Shown in pieces: positions 49,388 to 62,888 of a stretch of 64,000 nucleotides of DNA. Every line of letters starts with the position of its first letter. The first letter of the stretch is position 1. Origin of the DNA: Dipteris shenzhenensis (Eukaryota); NCBI GenBank assembly GCA_047967505.1, contig CM106538.1; one strand, 5' to 3'. A program made the position numbers and the translations under genes. The notes under the pieces are model-generated. The model did no database searches. It saw only the letters and a list, made by a program, of their open reading frames with translations, and was not told the DNA's origin.

Positions 49388-51165
49388 TGTGAAGATAGTG
49401 GGAGAGAGGGAAGGAGTCTCACTTGCGGCTTTCTCACATGCACAATGGGGGAATACACACAAAGGTGGAGGCTGAAAACAGTTTTTCTCTTCTTAGTTGT
49501 GAAAGCCAAAAGAACTCAAGTACAAAGAAATAGAAGAACCCTATATGTGGGTCTCAAACCAAACTCAACTAACTAAGGTGGCATACTAACTGAGCCACAA
49601 ACTAGAGTAGATAAGGATAGCTGTCATCCAGCTATTATTCGTGGGCAGTGTACCAACTGCATCTACAGCTAACAAGTCGGTGACATAAATGCACAATGGT
49701 CACCCTGGCATATCGTGAGTGGAGCTCGATATCTCAACACTCCCCCTCGAGCTCAATCCCCATTCCTGCACACCAAGTAGGTCTCTGAACTTGCGCAGCT
49801 TCTCTGCGCCCAATGCTTTCGTGAATATGTCAGCTACCTGATCCTCTGTGCTGACATAAACTAGATCAATAAGACCTAGTAAAACCTTCTCCCGCACATA
49901 GTGATAATGCACCTCAATGTGCTTTGTTCTAGCATGAAAGACTGGGTTCTTTGCTAAGTGTATACTGCTCATGTTGTCACAATAAATGACAACTGGCCCA
50001 TCTGTAGACTGATGCATATCATAAAGTAGCTTATGCAACCAAGCTACCTCACATGCAGCCATTGTTGCACCCCTGTACTCAGCCTCTGTGCTCGACAAGG
50101 CAACTGTAGGCTGTTTCTTGCTGCTCCAAGTGACTGTAGCACTCCCAAAAGAGAACACATATCCACTGGTAGATCGTTTATTAGAAATACTACCATCCCA
50201 ATCAACATCAGTGTATCCATGCAACTGTGTCTGAACCCCAGCCTCATAAAATAGTCCATACTGCAATGTGGACTTCACATACCTGAGTATGCGTCTAGCC
50301 GCATCCAAATGCGGTTTCCTTGGAGCCTGCATAAACTGACTTACCAATCCAATAGCATAGCTTAAATCTAGCCTGGTAATAGTCATATAAATCAAACTTC
50401 CTACTATGCGTCTGTACATAGTAGGGTCTTCCAGAAGCTCACCTGCATCTGTGCTCAGCTTCATATTCTGCTCCAAAGGAACTGAAATAGGCTTACAGCC
50501 TGTCATCCCATATTTGGACAGCATGTCCAATCCATACTGCCTCTGCAAGAGCTATATCCCACTTGGTGATCTAATCACCTCAATGCCCAAGAAATAACGC
50601 AGCTCTCCCAAATCCTTCATCTCAAACTTTTGCCTCAATAGCATTTTCACATGAAGGATATCTTTATCACTATCACCTATGATGATCAAATCATCAACAT
50701 AAATGACAAGCAGCATAATCCCTTTCTCTATTTTTCTCACATAGAGTGAGAAATCTACCTTGGAAATCTGAAAGCCAATAGTGACAAGATACTGTCCTAT
50801 CTTGTCAAACCATGCTCTAGGTGCTTGCTTCAAGCCATACAAGGCTTTCTTCAACCTGCAAACAAACTCAGGATGAATAGCATCAACATAACCTGCTGGC
50901 TGCTCCATAAAGACCTCTTCTTGCAAATCACCATGTAAGAAGGCATTCTTTACATCCATCTGATGTAAAGACCATCCCTTTGATGCAGCCATAGCAATGG
51001 CTGCTCTTACGGTTGCCATCCTTGCAACCGGACTAAAAGTTTCTTCATAATCAATGCCATATGTCTGTGCATACCCCTTGACAACTAATCTTGCCTTGTA
51101 TCTATTCACAGAATTATCTGCATTGTGCTTGATCTTATAAACCCACTTACAGCCAATTGCATTCT
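49388..51165 (-). mobile_element. 5'-truncated Copia copy (RT-RNase H, PPT, 3' LTR at 49388-49739)
   Basis: ORFs 50552-51109 (YVDD) and 49700-50548 are nearly identical to the pol at 57638-59105. 352-bp TG...CA LTR; PPT AGGGGGAG. Homology stops at 51165. Confidence 0.93.
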
Positions 51166-54100
51166 ATTTGGCTTACCATCATAGCATTGTCTCCTTTAAT
51201 TGTGATTATTCTCTAAAACTTTTCCTCTCTTCCAATGTTCATTGACCTTTGCATGATGCAAGCAAGAATAATCTGTTCTTTGGTGGCTTCTGTAGGGAGA
51301 ATGTAAAAGTGTATATCCACAGCTTGGCGAACAACCATTAGACTTAGATTTACATAACCCAAGGTTTGCAGAATTCGGCCATTTATAGCTCTTATTGAGG
51401 TGGGGGTTAGGGGTAACTGCAACTTCTACCATACCTCTCGAGAGATGAAATTATGGCTCGCAACTGGGTCCATGAGTGCTTTGATGCGCATGCATGGTAC
51501 TTGTAGCTAAACAAGCAACCTGGCTGGCTCTATTGTTAGCTCATCTATTAGTTGCATCTATTCAATCATTGCCCTAAAGAGGGTCATTTGTCTACACTAT
51601 CAAATCTTAGCATTACGGATTCTGGCTTCCTCCATGGCCTGGCGCTTCATTCTAGCCACCTCTGCCTTGAGCTCTTTTTCTCTATGCATGGCTTGAAGGG
51701 TAGGGATAGTGAGTGGTCCGTAGTATATTTTCAATTTGCTTCCATTTAGGTAGCCATCCATTTTCATCCCATCAAGGGTGGCTATTCGGCACGCCCCTTG
51801 GGGGGTGATCTCAACTATGCGGTAAGGACCCATACCTCATTACTTAAGCTTACATTTGGTGTTGCGGACACTATACAGGAGTATCAAGTCTCCTTCTTCC
51901 AAGTCCTTGTTCTTGAGGTTGCGGTTGAACCAATTTTTACATCAGGCCTTTTCTACTCGGAGAGCATATGCTGCTCGCAACCTTTTCTCCTCCAGCTTTT
52001 CGAGGTCAACTAGCCTTTCGGCTAGCGTGTTTTCAGTGAGTCTTTCCCTTACAGCAAGATAGAGGCTAGGCACTACATACTCCATTGGCATTACTTCCTC
52101 TACCCCAAAGGCTAACTTGAAGGGGGTACAATGTGTTGCCACCTTGTAGGAGCTCCTGTAGGCCCATAATGCTGCTATGAGCTTATGCGCCTAGTCAGTA
52201 CGATTGGCTTCTACCATACATGTGATAATCTTATAGCAAGTTTTGTTGGAGCTTTCGGCCAAGCCATTTGCTCTGGGGTAATATGGCATTGAATTCCTAT
52301 AAATGATCATAAACTCGCTTGTTAGGATTGCTATGGTTTCATTGAGGAAGTGGGTTCCTCGATCACTGACTAACTCCAACGGCCATCCAAACCGCGTGAT
52401 GACTTGTTCATATAAGAACTTGGCGGTGGATCTTGTGTCAGCCTTTACTGTAGCCCTTCCTTCTACACACTTGGTGAAGTAGTCAGTGGCTAGGATGATG
52501 TATCAAGCCCCAGTCCCCTTAGTGGTTGGGCTTATGGGAACCAGTGAAATCGATGCCCCACTTCTCGAAGGGTTGGTCCAACCAGGATCCTAGTCAGGGG
52601 CATCATGTCTGCCCAGTGTGGGATTTGTATGCGTTGGCAGGGGTCACATTGTTTGACGAATTCGGCTGCATCTCTAAAGAGTGTTGGCCACTAGAGACCA
52701 GCTTGTACCACTTTACGTGCTATAACCTCAGCGGCGAATGACCTCTTGTGATTCCTGAGTAGGCTTCTTCAAGCACCTCGATATATTTGTGTTTGCATAC
52801 GCACCTTCATAGTATGCCATCCTTACCCATGCAGTAGAGTTGGCCTGCTATCAGCTGATATGGCGCTATGTCCTTAATGAGTTTACAGGCTCTATCCTTC
52901 TTAAGGTCTTGGCTTAGGGGTAGCCCATTGGCCAAGTAGTGGCCGATTTCGGTGGCCCATTCTGGAATGATGTCGAGGAAGAAGAGGGAAGTGTCGGCGA
53001 GATCGTCTTTTACTCCTGTTGGAGCTTCGCCCTTAGGGATTCTCAATACATGGTTGGCTAAAACGTGGGCTTTGCCCTTGTGCACCGCAACTGTAAAGTC
53101 TAATTCTAGCAAGATCAACATCCACCTAGTGATGCATCTAGTCTTGCAGGGTTTGTTGACCAAGTACAACAGTGCTTGATGGTCCACGAAGAAGACAAAC
53201 TTGTTAGCTAACAAGTAGTGCCTGAATTTCTTGACTGCATAAACCATGGCGAGACCTTGTCTCTCGATGGTGGTGTAGTTAACTTTGGCCTCATTTAGTT
53301 GACGGCTTGCAAAGTATACAGGTTAATCCAAATTATGCTCCCCAAGCTAAGCTAACATGCATCCAATGGAAAAGTTAGAGGCATCAATGCGGACGTGGAA
53401 TATTAAATTCCAATCAGGAGACCTCAGTACTAGAGCAATGGCTAGAGCTAGCTTGAGAGTTTCAAAGGATGTTTGGCATTCTTTGGTCCACTCAAAGGAT
53501 ACTAGCAGTTTGTATAACGGGTAGGCTATGTTGGCGTTAAACAAAATAAATCTCCGATAATAGCTCGTATGGCCAGTAAATCATTGGACTCCCTTAGCGT
53601 TGTTGGGAGGCGGTAACTCCAAGATGAGTGATTTTATTGTGGTCCGTAGAGATTCCATTTCGAGACACTATGTGGCCTAGGATGACACCATGTTTGACCT
53701 AAAATTGGCACTTAAGGGGGTTGAAAGATATGCAGTATAAGCAGCACTTCTCGAGGACAAGCCTAAGATACTTCAGGTGGTCATCCCATTTCGAGTTCAC
53801 GTAGATATCGTCCAAGGAGACTTCCACAAATTCCCTTAGATATTCCTTGAACACCGTGATCATCATACGTTGAAAAGTAGCTGGGGCATTGGTTAGACCA
53901 AAGATCATAACCCTAGCTACATATACTCCCCATTCGGTTGCAAAGGCAGTCTTATGTTGATCTTGGGGGGTGATTGAGACTTGGTTGTAACCCAAAAATC
54001 CATCTAGGAAGCTGTACGCTTCCTTTTTGGCTACCCTTTCTAGAACATGTTCCATGAATGGCAAGGGGTACGGGTCACATCTCATGGCCACATTAACTTT

Positions 54101-56946
54101 CTTCACATCCACGCATACTCTAATTTTTCCATTCTTCTTTAGGACTATCACAATGGGTGATACCCAGTTTGTATGCTCAATCTCGTAGATGAATCCTGCA
54201 TCTATGAGTTTCTAGATTTCTTCCCTCACTATGAGTGCGTATTTAGGATTCATAGGATAGGGGTGTTGCCATACTGGCCTGGCATCATCCATCATGGGGA
54301 TTGTATGCTGCACTACTGTGGCCAGTACTCCTTTCATGTCCGTGCAATCCTTACATTCCCGTAGGAGAGCTATTAGGGCATTCTCCTCACTAAGAGTGAG
54401 GTCATCGATGACAAATATAGGTTGTGGGTCCTGGTCATCCAAGGCTAAGTGTACTTCCTTGACCGGGGCTAGTCCATTGTATCCTTGAGAACAACCATCC
54501 TCTCGAGTTATTTTGGCTGTTGGTATAAGATCTTGCAATCCTAAATAGTATAGGCCTTGTAGTGGGTTGGCACTTGCCATAGGTCGTCTTTATCCTCAAT
54601 CTCCTTCTCAGTGTCTACTGAGGTTGTCTACTAAGGTAGCAGACTTTTTGGCCTTTGCCTTGCCTTTGGAGAAGTCAATGGGGGTGGTTACCTTACTCAC
54701 TCTATTTCCCCAGTTAGAGGAGAACTCGTGGTGGGCGGTCGTGGCAGGTCATCTAGTGAAGATCTGATTTTACCCTTATTGTTCCCTTGCTTACCTCTTG
54801 TGGTTTGAGCATATTGAACATCCTTAGGGGAACTATCAGGATCAGGACCCTCGAGCTCTAGGGTGGTGATATGAAACCCTGCTCTTTTGGGAACATCTAT
54901 GTTGGCTAAGATGTGCACCCACTTCTGCAAGAATTCTGGCTCTGGGAGGGGTGCATACCAGAAGTCATCAGACTACTTCTCATCCTCTCCCTTGTCACAG
55001 GGTTGAAATAGCTTCACGGAGGTGGTTTGGGTGGTGGTGTCGGACCCGTGTTGGACTCCACAGCAAAGAGGTGTCCTAACAATGCTAGGGCCTTGTAGGA
55101 ATGTAGGTCTGCTCTCATGGTTTGCTCCTCGTGCCATAAGTAGATATTATCATTATGCCAATCATGCATGAGTCTAGGCATTCGTAATAATGGTTTGCCT
55201 AGGATTGCTTCATATCCAAGCTGTCATGTGAAGTCCATGACCACGAACCTGATAGGGTACATGAATCCAAACACCTTAATGTTGATGCCCGTCAGTACTC
55301 CCAGAGGTTCAGTGATTCCTCCATCGGCTAGCTTTACTACTAGGTGGGTTTGCTTGAGTGCGGGCTTTCCCCACTTCTCCCAACATTCCTTGGTGCAGAC
55401 ACTCACTCCTGCTCCCCCATCTAGGATGGCTTCTACCTTTTGGTTCTAGTAGACTATGGGGATTGAGGCATTTGTGTCATCACCCTCGAAATACTGGCCT
55501 AGCTTGTTGATGGGAATCTTGGGTAGGTTTGGCCCCTTATCTAGTGTTGATTGGTTGGGCTTAGGGATGGCAAGGGCTAGAGGTAGGAACGGCCTATTCA
55601 TCCAATTGGACAAATCATGCCATAGGATGGAATTTCCTTTCAGCAGAGATGCGATCCACATTTTCACTTCAGTAGATAGGAAGGCAGCCTATCGTAGGGT
55701 TCTGGTGAAGCTTCTTCCTCCATGGATAACATATCATCAAATCCGCACAGGTCTCCTTCGTCTTGGAGGTTTTGCAACACTAGGTCCTCTTGGAACATCT
55801 TCTGCATCAGATTCGGAGCTTCCGACTGCTCCAAGATGAGGTCTTCTTCTTCTTCCACTCTTTTCAGACCTTGAGAGATTTCGCTCCTTGATGCCCCATC
55901 AGGTGGGCTGGATGGATAGTATATGATCCCCTATTGGTGATGCTCGAACTTATCCTAGCACTCATGCACCAAGTCCTAGGCATCCTTTATGTATTGCTTT
56001 TCTAAGACCAGGTCAAAGTCTCTTTATAGGTGGGAGCCCGGTGCCAGGCCCCTTGAGCTTGCACTGGTGTGTTTACTTCTAGAATAGGGTACCTTAGGAT
56101 CACCCTAGATGGAAGACTGTTCGGAGGTGGAGGAGGTGGCAAGGGTAGCTATCTCCTCATCGGAATAGTCAACACTGGATCGGAACTGTCACCTACTCGA
56201 ATTGATTTCTTGGAACGAGCTAGAGGCTATGGAGGAATTTTAGGACCAGGCAGCGAAGATACCTTACCCCTCTTGGTGAACTTCTTCATGGCTTTACCTA
56301 GTGCCTTAGCTTGCATCCTTGTAATGACTTGTAGTGGCACTGTGGCCACATGGCCTTGTTCGATGCTAAGCAGATTGAGGCTGGTGCTCTTTGGTAGGGT
56401 AAGTGCGGTGGTTGGTCTCCTTGTGGGATAGTCCTGGAATAGATTCTCTATGCCACATCCTATGCACAAGGGGGCGGGGTTGGTTGTGGTTGGGGCGGTG
56501 GGCATACAATCCCTATATGGACAGTCCTTCAAGAAGTGTGGGCACTAGCATCTAAAGCAAGACACTAGTGGGCTCGATGTGCCTCGATAGGGGCATTCAT
56601 TTGCTCTATGGGGACCTTGGAAGGTATAACATTGGAGCGGGGTCCTCTGAGCAATTGAGTTCATATCTCTTGCCCTTGCATTTATGGGGTTAGTCTGGAA
56701 TACGAGGACTTGTTGATCCTCTGGTGGGAGGTAATGAGCTAAGGCTCCACTTCCCTCCTCGTAAGGGTAATAATCATGAGGTCCATTATCAAGGTCCGTT
56801 TCCTCCTAGTCGTTGGGAAACTCTTCGACCAACACTTGATTGACTGGGATGATGCGAGGTAGAGGGTTGCAGGCCTAGTATGGGTGGAGGTAGTGGATTT
56901 GGCTGAGCATAGTACTGGCTAAAGCTGGCTACAGGGCCACCTTGCA
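51166..56946 (-). mobile_element. Decayed Ty3/Gypsy internal region (gag-PR-RT-RH-INT)
   Basis: Domain order on the minus strand: gag knuckle remnants at about 56.4-56.6 kb, AILDGGAG protease at about 55.4 kb, RT 53699-54151 (FLDGFLGYNQ, SLDD), RNase H (IDASNF, FVDHQAL), integrase (SDRGTHF, YYPRANGLAE, GPY). Boundaries are approximate and no LTRs were resolved. Confidence 0.88.
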
Positions 56947-57326
56947 TGTGAAGATAGTGGGAGAGAGGGAAGGAGTCTCACTTGCGGCTTTCTCACATGA
57001 CAATGGGGGAATACACACAAAGGTGGAGGCTGAAAACAGTTTTTCTCTTCTTAGTTGTGAAAGCCAAAAGAACTCAAGTACAAAGAAATAGAAGAACCCT
57101 ATATGTGGGTCTCAAACCAAACTCAACTAACTAAGGTGGCATACTAACCGAGCCACACTGCGAAGGGCATCTCAATCTGAGACAATGCACTCTTGCACTT
57201 CTGGTTGTGCTACCTACAGAGATTTGCTCCCAAACTCCAAATAGGAAAGCAACACTGGTCCTCTTACCAGGACACCGCGAACTTGGTTTGCTTTCTTGAG
57301 CTCCTTACCACGAACAAGGCTCTGAT

Positions 57327-60300
57327 TGTGAAGATTGTGGGAGAGAGGGAAGGAGTCTCACTTGCGGCTTTCTCACATGCACAATGGGGGAATACACACA
57401 AAGGTGGAGGCTGAAAACAGTTTTCCTCTTCTCAGTTGTGTAAGCCAAAAGAACTCTAGTACAAAGAAATAGAAGAACCCTATATGTGGGTCTCAAACCA
57501 AACTCAACTAACTAAGGTGGCATACTAACTGAGCCACAACTATAGTAGATAAGGATAGCTGTCATCTAGCTATTATTCGTGGGCGGTGTACCAACCGCAT
57601 CTCCAGCTAACAAGTCGATGACATAAGTACACAACGGTCACCCTGGCATATCTCGAGTGGAGCTCGATATCTCAACACTCCCCCTCGAGCTCAATCCCAA
57701 ATCCTGCACACCAAGCAGGTCTCTGAACTTGTGCAGCTTCTCTGCGCCCAATGCTTTCGTGAATATGTCAGCTACCTGATCCTCTGTGCTGACATAAACT
57801 AGATCAATAAGACCTAGTAAAACCTTCTCCCGCACATAGTGATAATGCACCTCAATGTGCTTTGTTCTGGCATGAAAGACTGGGTTCTTTGCCAAGTGTA
57901 TACTGCTCATGTTGTCACAATAAATGACAACCGGCCCATCTGTAGACTGATGCATATCATAGAGTAGCTTATGCAACCAAGCTACCTCACATGCAGCCAT
58001 TGTTGCACCCCTGTACTCAGCCTCTGTGCTCGACAAGGCAACTGTAGGCTGTTTCTTGCTGCTCCAAGTGACTATAGCACTCCCAAAAGAGAACACATAT
58101 CCACTGGTAGATGGTCTATCAGAAATGCTACCAGCCCAATCAGCATCAGTGTATCCATGCAACTGTATCTGAACCCCAGCCTCATAAAATAGTCCATACT
58201 GCAATGTGGACTTCACATACCTGAGTATGCATCTAGCCGCATCCAAATGTGGTTTCCTTGGAGCCTGCATATACTGACTTACCAACCCAACAGTATAGCT
58301 CAAATCTGGCCTGGTAATAGTCATGTAAATCAAACTTCCTACTATGCGTCTGTACATAGTAGGGTCTTCCAGAAGCTTACCTGCATCTGTGCTCAGCTTC
58401 ACATTCTGCTCCAAAGGAACTGAAATAGGCTTACAGCCTGTCATCCCATATTTGGACAGCATGTCCAATCCATACTGCCTCTGCAAGAGCTGTATCCCAC
58501 TTGGTGATCTAATCACCTCAATGCCCAAGAAATAATGCAGCTCTCCCAAATCCTTCAGCTCAAACTTCTGCCTCAATAGCATTTTCACATGAAGGATATC
58601 TTCATCACTATCACCTGTGATGATCAAATCATCAACATAAATGACTAGCAGCATAATCCCTTTCTCTGTTTTTCTCACATAGAGTGAGAAATCTGCCTTG
58701 GAAATCTGAAAGCCAATAGTGACAAGATACTGTCCTATCTTGTCAGACCATGCTCTAGGTGCTTGCTTCAAGCCATACAAGGCTTTCTTCAACCTGCAAA
58801 CAAACTCAGGATGAGTAGCATGAACATAACCTGCTGGCTGCTCCATAAAGACCTCTTCTTGCAAATCACCATGCAAGAAGGCATTCTTTACATCCATCTG
58901 ATGTAAAGACCATCCCTTTGATGCAGCCATAGCAATGGCTGCTCTTATGGTTGCCATCCTTGCAACCGGGCTGAAAGTTTCTTCATAATCAATGCCATAT
59001 GTTTGTGCATACCCCTTGACAACTAATCTTGCCTTGTATCTATTCACAGAACCATCTGCATTGTGCTTGATCTTATAAACCCACTTACAACCAATTGCAT
59101 TCTTGCCTTTAGGCAAAGGCACCAATTCCCATGTAGCATTAGCATCCAAGGCATCCATTTCTTCATCCATGGCTTTCTCCCATTTTTCATTTCCCATGGC
59201 TTGCTCAAAAGAAGTGGGTTCTGGTTCCTGTATCACTTTGACCATATAGGCATAGTGAATGGCTGTAAATCCATCATATTTCAGCCTATCCACAGGATAC
59301 CTAACCCTGGTAGACCTGCGCAAAATAGGCTCACTTCCAGGTGCTCTCAAAACATCCCTGGTCTTCCTTACTCCAAGTGTAACAACAGAAGGAATACCCA
59401 ACTCATCATCAATGCTCTGTTCTGAGCCACTGGATTCACCATCCACACAAGAGTGACCTGCATTCACATCATACATGGGCTGATCTACCTTCTCTTTTCC
59501 TTTTCGTGATACCTGCGTACCACTCTCTGCATTGCTTTGAGGGGATTCTCCTGATTTCAATCTGCCTGTCCATGGCGAAGTATGTGAACCACTGGTAAAG
59601 GACACTCCAGGTCCACTGATATTTTGTGATTGCTGCTGTGCATTCTGTGCAGCATTACCATTTTGTGCATCTACATCAATCATCACATTTACTGGTTTAT
59701 ACCAGCTGCTCATCTCATTAAAAAAAACATCTCTGCTCACTGTGAACTTACGTGTAGAAGGGTTATAGCATCTATACCCTTTCTGCTGCAGAGAATAACC
59801 AATAAAGACGCACTTCTCAGCTTTTGGATCCAACTTGGACCTCAACTCATCTGGCACATGGACATAGGCAATGCAACCAAAAATCTTCAAATGAGAAATA
59901 TCTGGTTTCCTACCAGTATACATCTCCTCTGGCGTCATGCCATGTATTGCTACAGTGGGAGTCCTGTTCATTATATAGACTGCTGTAGCAACTGCTTCAG
60001 CCCAATAATAATCTGGTAGACCTTTTTCATTTAGCATAGCCCGAGATACCTCTCCAATATGCCTGTTTTTTCTTTCTGCAATTCCATTTTGTTGTGGGGT
60101 ATGACTGCATGAATATTGCTGCTTTATACCATGCTCCTGCAAGAACCTTGCAAACTCATTTGAGAGGTACTCTCCCCCTCCATCTGACCTTAGGCATTTT
60201 ATTTGCAGGCCTGTTTCTTTTTCAACCATAGCTTTGAAATCTTTGAAGTGCCCAAACACTTTACTTTTCTTTTTCATAAAATACACCCACAGTTTTCTGC

Positions 60301-62888
60301 TGAAGTCATCAATAAATGTGACAAAATAGTGACAGCCTCCAATAGATGCAGCTTTTGTAGTCCACACATCAGAGTGGATTAATTCCAATGGCTTTTTACT
60401 CTCTTGAACATGCCTAGGAAAAGGTTTCCTTGCCTATTTCCCAAATTGACAGGCTTCACAAACCTTGTGCATTTCTGCAACCTTGAATTTAGGCAATCCT
60501 GCAACAATATTTTGGGCTTGCATTGATTTTAGTCGCTATATATTAACATGACCAATGCGTTTGTGCCAGATATCAATATCTGCAACTACACCGGTCCCAT
60601 GTGCAAACATTGCTGCACTCAATTCAGGCATGTCTGCATCCAACGTAAACATCCTGCCCTTCTTCTTTCCTTTTGCTATCAAGCGACCGTTATTTTTCAT
60701 ATCCTCAACAAAGCATCCATGAGGATTAAATCTAACGTGCAAGCCCTGCTCAACCATTTGACCAATAGAAACTAGGTTCTTGGTGATGTTCGGGACATGA
60801 AATACATCAGACAAGTATTTCTTTTTCCCATCCTACATAGACAAAGGAATTTTGCCAATCTGCACAATAGGATGTGCAGTATCATCACCAGTCTCCACAA
60901 ATCCTAGTTTTTCCATTTTTCTTGCATCCTGCATCCATTCAGCGTGACCTGTCATGTGGTTTGACGCACCCAAGTCAACATACCACACATCATTGCTTTC
61001 TTCTGCACTTGTTACAGAATTTGTCATATGCTGCACCATAAACAAATGCTCATTTCTGTCATCGCCCTGTCTACTAGAGGATGTATAATTGCCTTGCTGC
61101 AATTTTCCACTCATAATGTCATTCTGCTTTTTGCAGCAGTCTTTAGCCATATGACCCATTTTGCCACAATAGTAGCATTCAACATTGCTGTTTGCATTTT
61201 GGCTTCTCTGCCATCCACCACGGCCTCTTTGGCTCCCCCTGCCTCTAGAGTTACCACGTCCTCCTGCATAGGACTGGTTTTCTTGCGTTTGCTGCATATT
61301 CTGATTTTTACCACGGCCTGCAGATCGGCCTCCTCTACCTCTGCCTCTACCTCTGCCAGCATTTGAGTAGAAGACAGTTTCTTTTGAAGTTCCTGCTGAA
61401 GAAGATGCACCCCCATTTCTCTGCTCTTCAGAAATTAGAAGAGCAATCAACTCCTCAAAATCAGGAAAGTTTTCACGGACGGCAATGGATGTCCAGAACT
61501 GTGCATAATCCTTTCCTAGACCATTCAAGGTCACAGAAACCAAATCATCATCATCCACTGGCGACCCAATGGAAGCAAGTGCATCTGCAATTTTCTTCAC
61601 TTTCATGTGGTAGTCATTTATGCTCAAATTTTCTCTCTGCACATTGTGCAACTCCTGTTTGAGTTGCATTTTCCTGGCTTGCGTATTTGTGCTATACATT
61701 TTTGCCAAAGTATCCCATGCCTCCTTTGGCGTATTTGCATCCTGAATATGCACAATCATGGAGTCCGAAATACTGATAGACAGTCAGTACATAACTTTCC
61801 TGGCTCTCTCATGCCATCCTTTGAATGCCTGCATTTCCTGTTGACTGGGAACATTAGGAAGAACAAGTTCTTCTTTATTTCCTGTAATGAATTCCCAATA
61901 GCCTTTTCCCATCAAGAAATTCGTCATTCTAAACTTCCATGCTTGGAAGTTGTTCTTGTCAAGCTTTTCAGTGACAATCTGTGAAAGAGAATCAGATGCC
62001 ATTACAGAACACTGCAAAATATTCTGTCACTGCAAAAAACACAGCTTTTGCCTCACACGGGCAGATCTGCAAAACCGACGAGAGTGGTATTTCACCACAC
62101 AGTCACTTCCTAGTGACGATTTTGCATCAACAGGCAATAGGCATGAATCTACAACTCCTAATATCTCTACACACAGGCATACGATGCAATTTCTGCGGCA
62201 CCTTTTCACCGACTAGCCGCGCAGTGGTCGCACAGCAAAAATTAGGGCCTTTTTCTGAGTGCCTGCGAAGAACTTCCGCCTTCAAAACGGGCCCCGAAAC
62301 GGCCTCAAATCAGAAAAATAAAGTCACTCTCGCCACACCGCGAAGGGCGTCTCAATCTGAAACACCGCGAAGGGCGTCTCAATCTGAAACAGTGCACTCC
62401 TGCACTTCTGGCTGTGCTACCTGCAGAGATTTGCTCCCAAACTCGAAATAGGAAAGCAACACTGGTCCTCTTACCAGGACACCACGAACTTGGCTTGCTT
62501 TCTTGAGCTCCTTACCACGAACAAGGCTCTGATACCATGTGAAGATTGTGGGAGAGAGGGAAGGAGTCTCACTTGCGGCTTTCTCACATGCACAATGGGG
62601 GAATACACACAAAGGTGGAGGCTGAAAACAGTTTTCCTCTTCTTAGTTGTGTAAGCCAAAAGAACTCTAGTACAAAGAAATAGAAGAACCCTATATGTGG
62701 GTCTCAAACCAAACTCAACTAACTAAGGTGGCATACTAACTGAGCCACAACTATAGTAGATAAGGATAGCTGTCATCCAGCTATTATTTGTGGGCGGTGT
62801 ACCAACCGCATCTCCAGCTAACAAGTCGGTGATATAAGTACACAACGGTCACCCTGGCATATCTCGAGTGGAGCTCGATATCTCAACA
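57327..62888 (-). mobile_element. Full-length young Ty1/Copia retrotransposon
   Basis: 351-bp LTRs at 57327-57677 and 62538-62888 (5 differences by my count, all transitions). PBS TGGTATCAGAGCC at 62525-62537, PPT at 57678-57685, and TSD CTGAT on both sides. Confidence 0.96.
57638..62002 (-). pseudogene. Copia gag-pol polyprotein with four premature stops
   Basis: Single frame: gag (CYYCGKMGHMAKDC), protease (WYVDLGASNHMT), integrase (LRSDGGGEY), RT (YVDD), RNase H (DADWAG, ADIFTKAL). Stops near 61784, 60833, 60536 and 60434. Confidence 0.93.

Noticed and set aside
57638-57685. pol ORF running through the PPT into the 3' LTR
   Set aside because: Common in Copia elements; not novel.
60434-61786. 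Stops in the Copia gag-pol rescued by RNA editing or readthrough
   Set aside because: They are consistent with ordinary transition mutations (CAG>TAG, TGG>TGA). U-to-C editing is organellar, and this is nuclear TE sequence.
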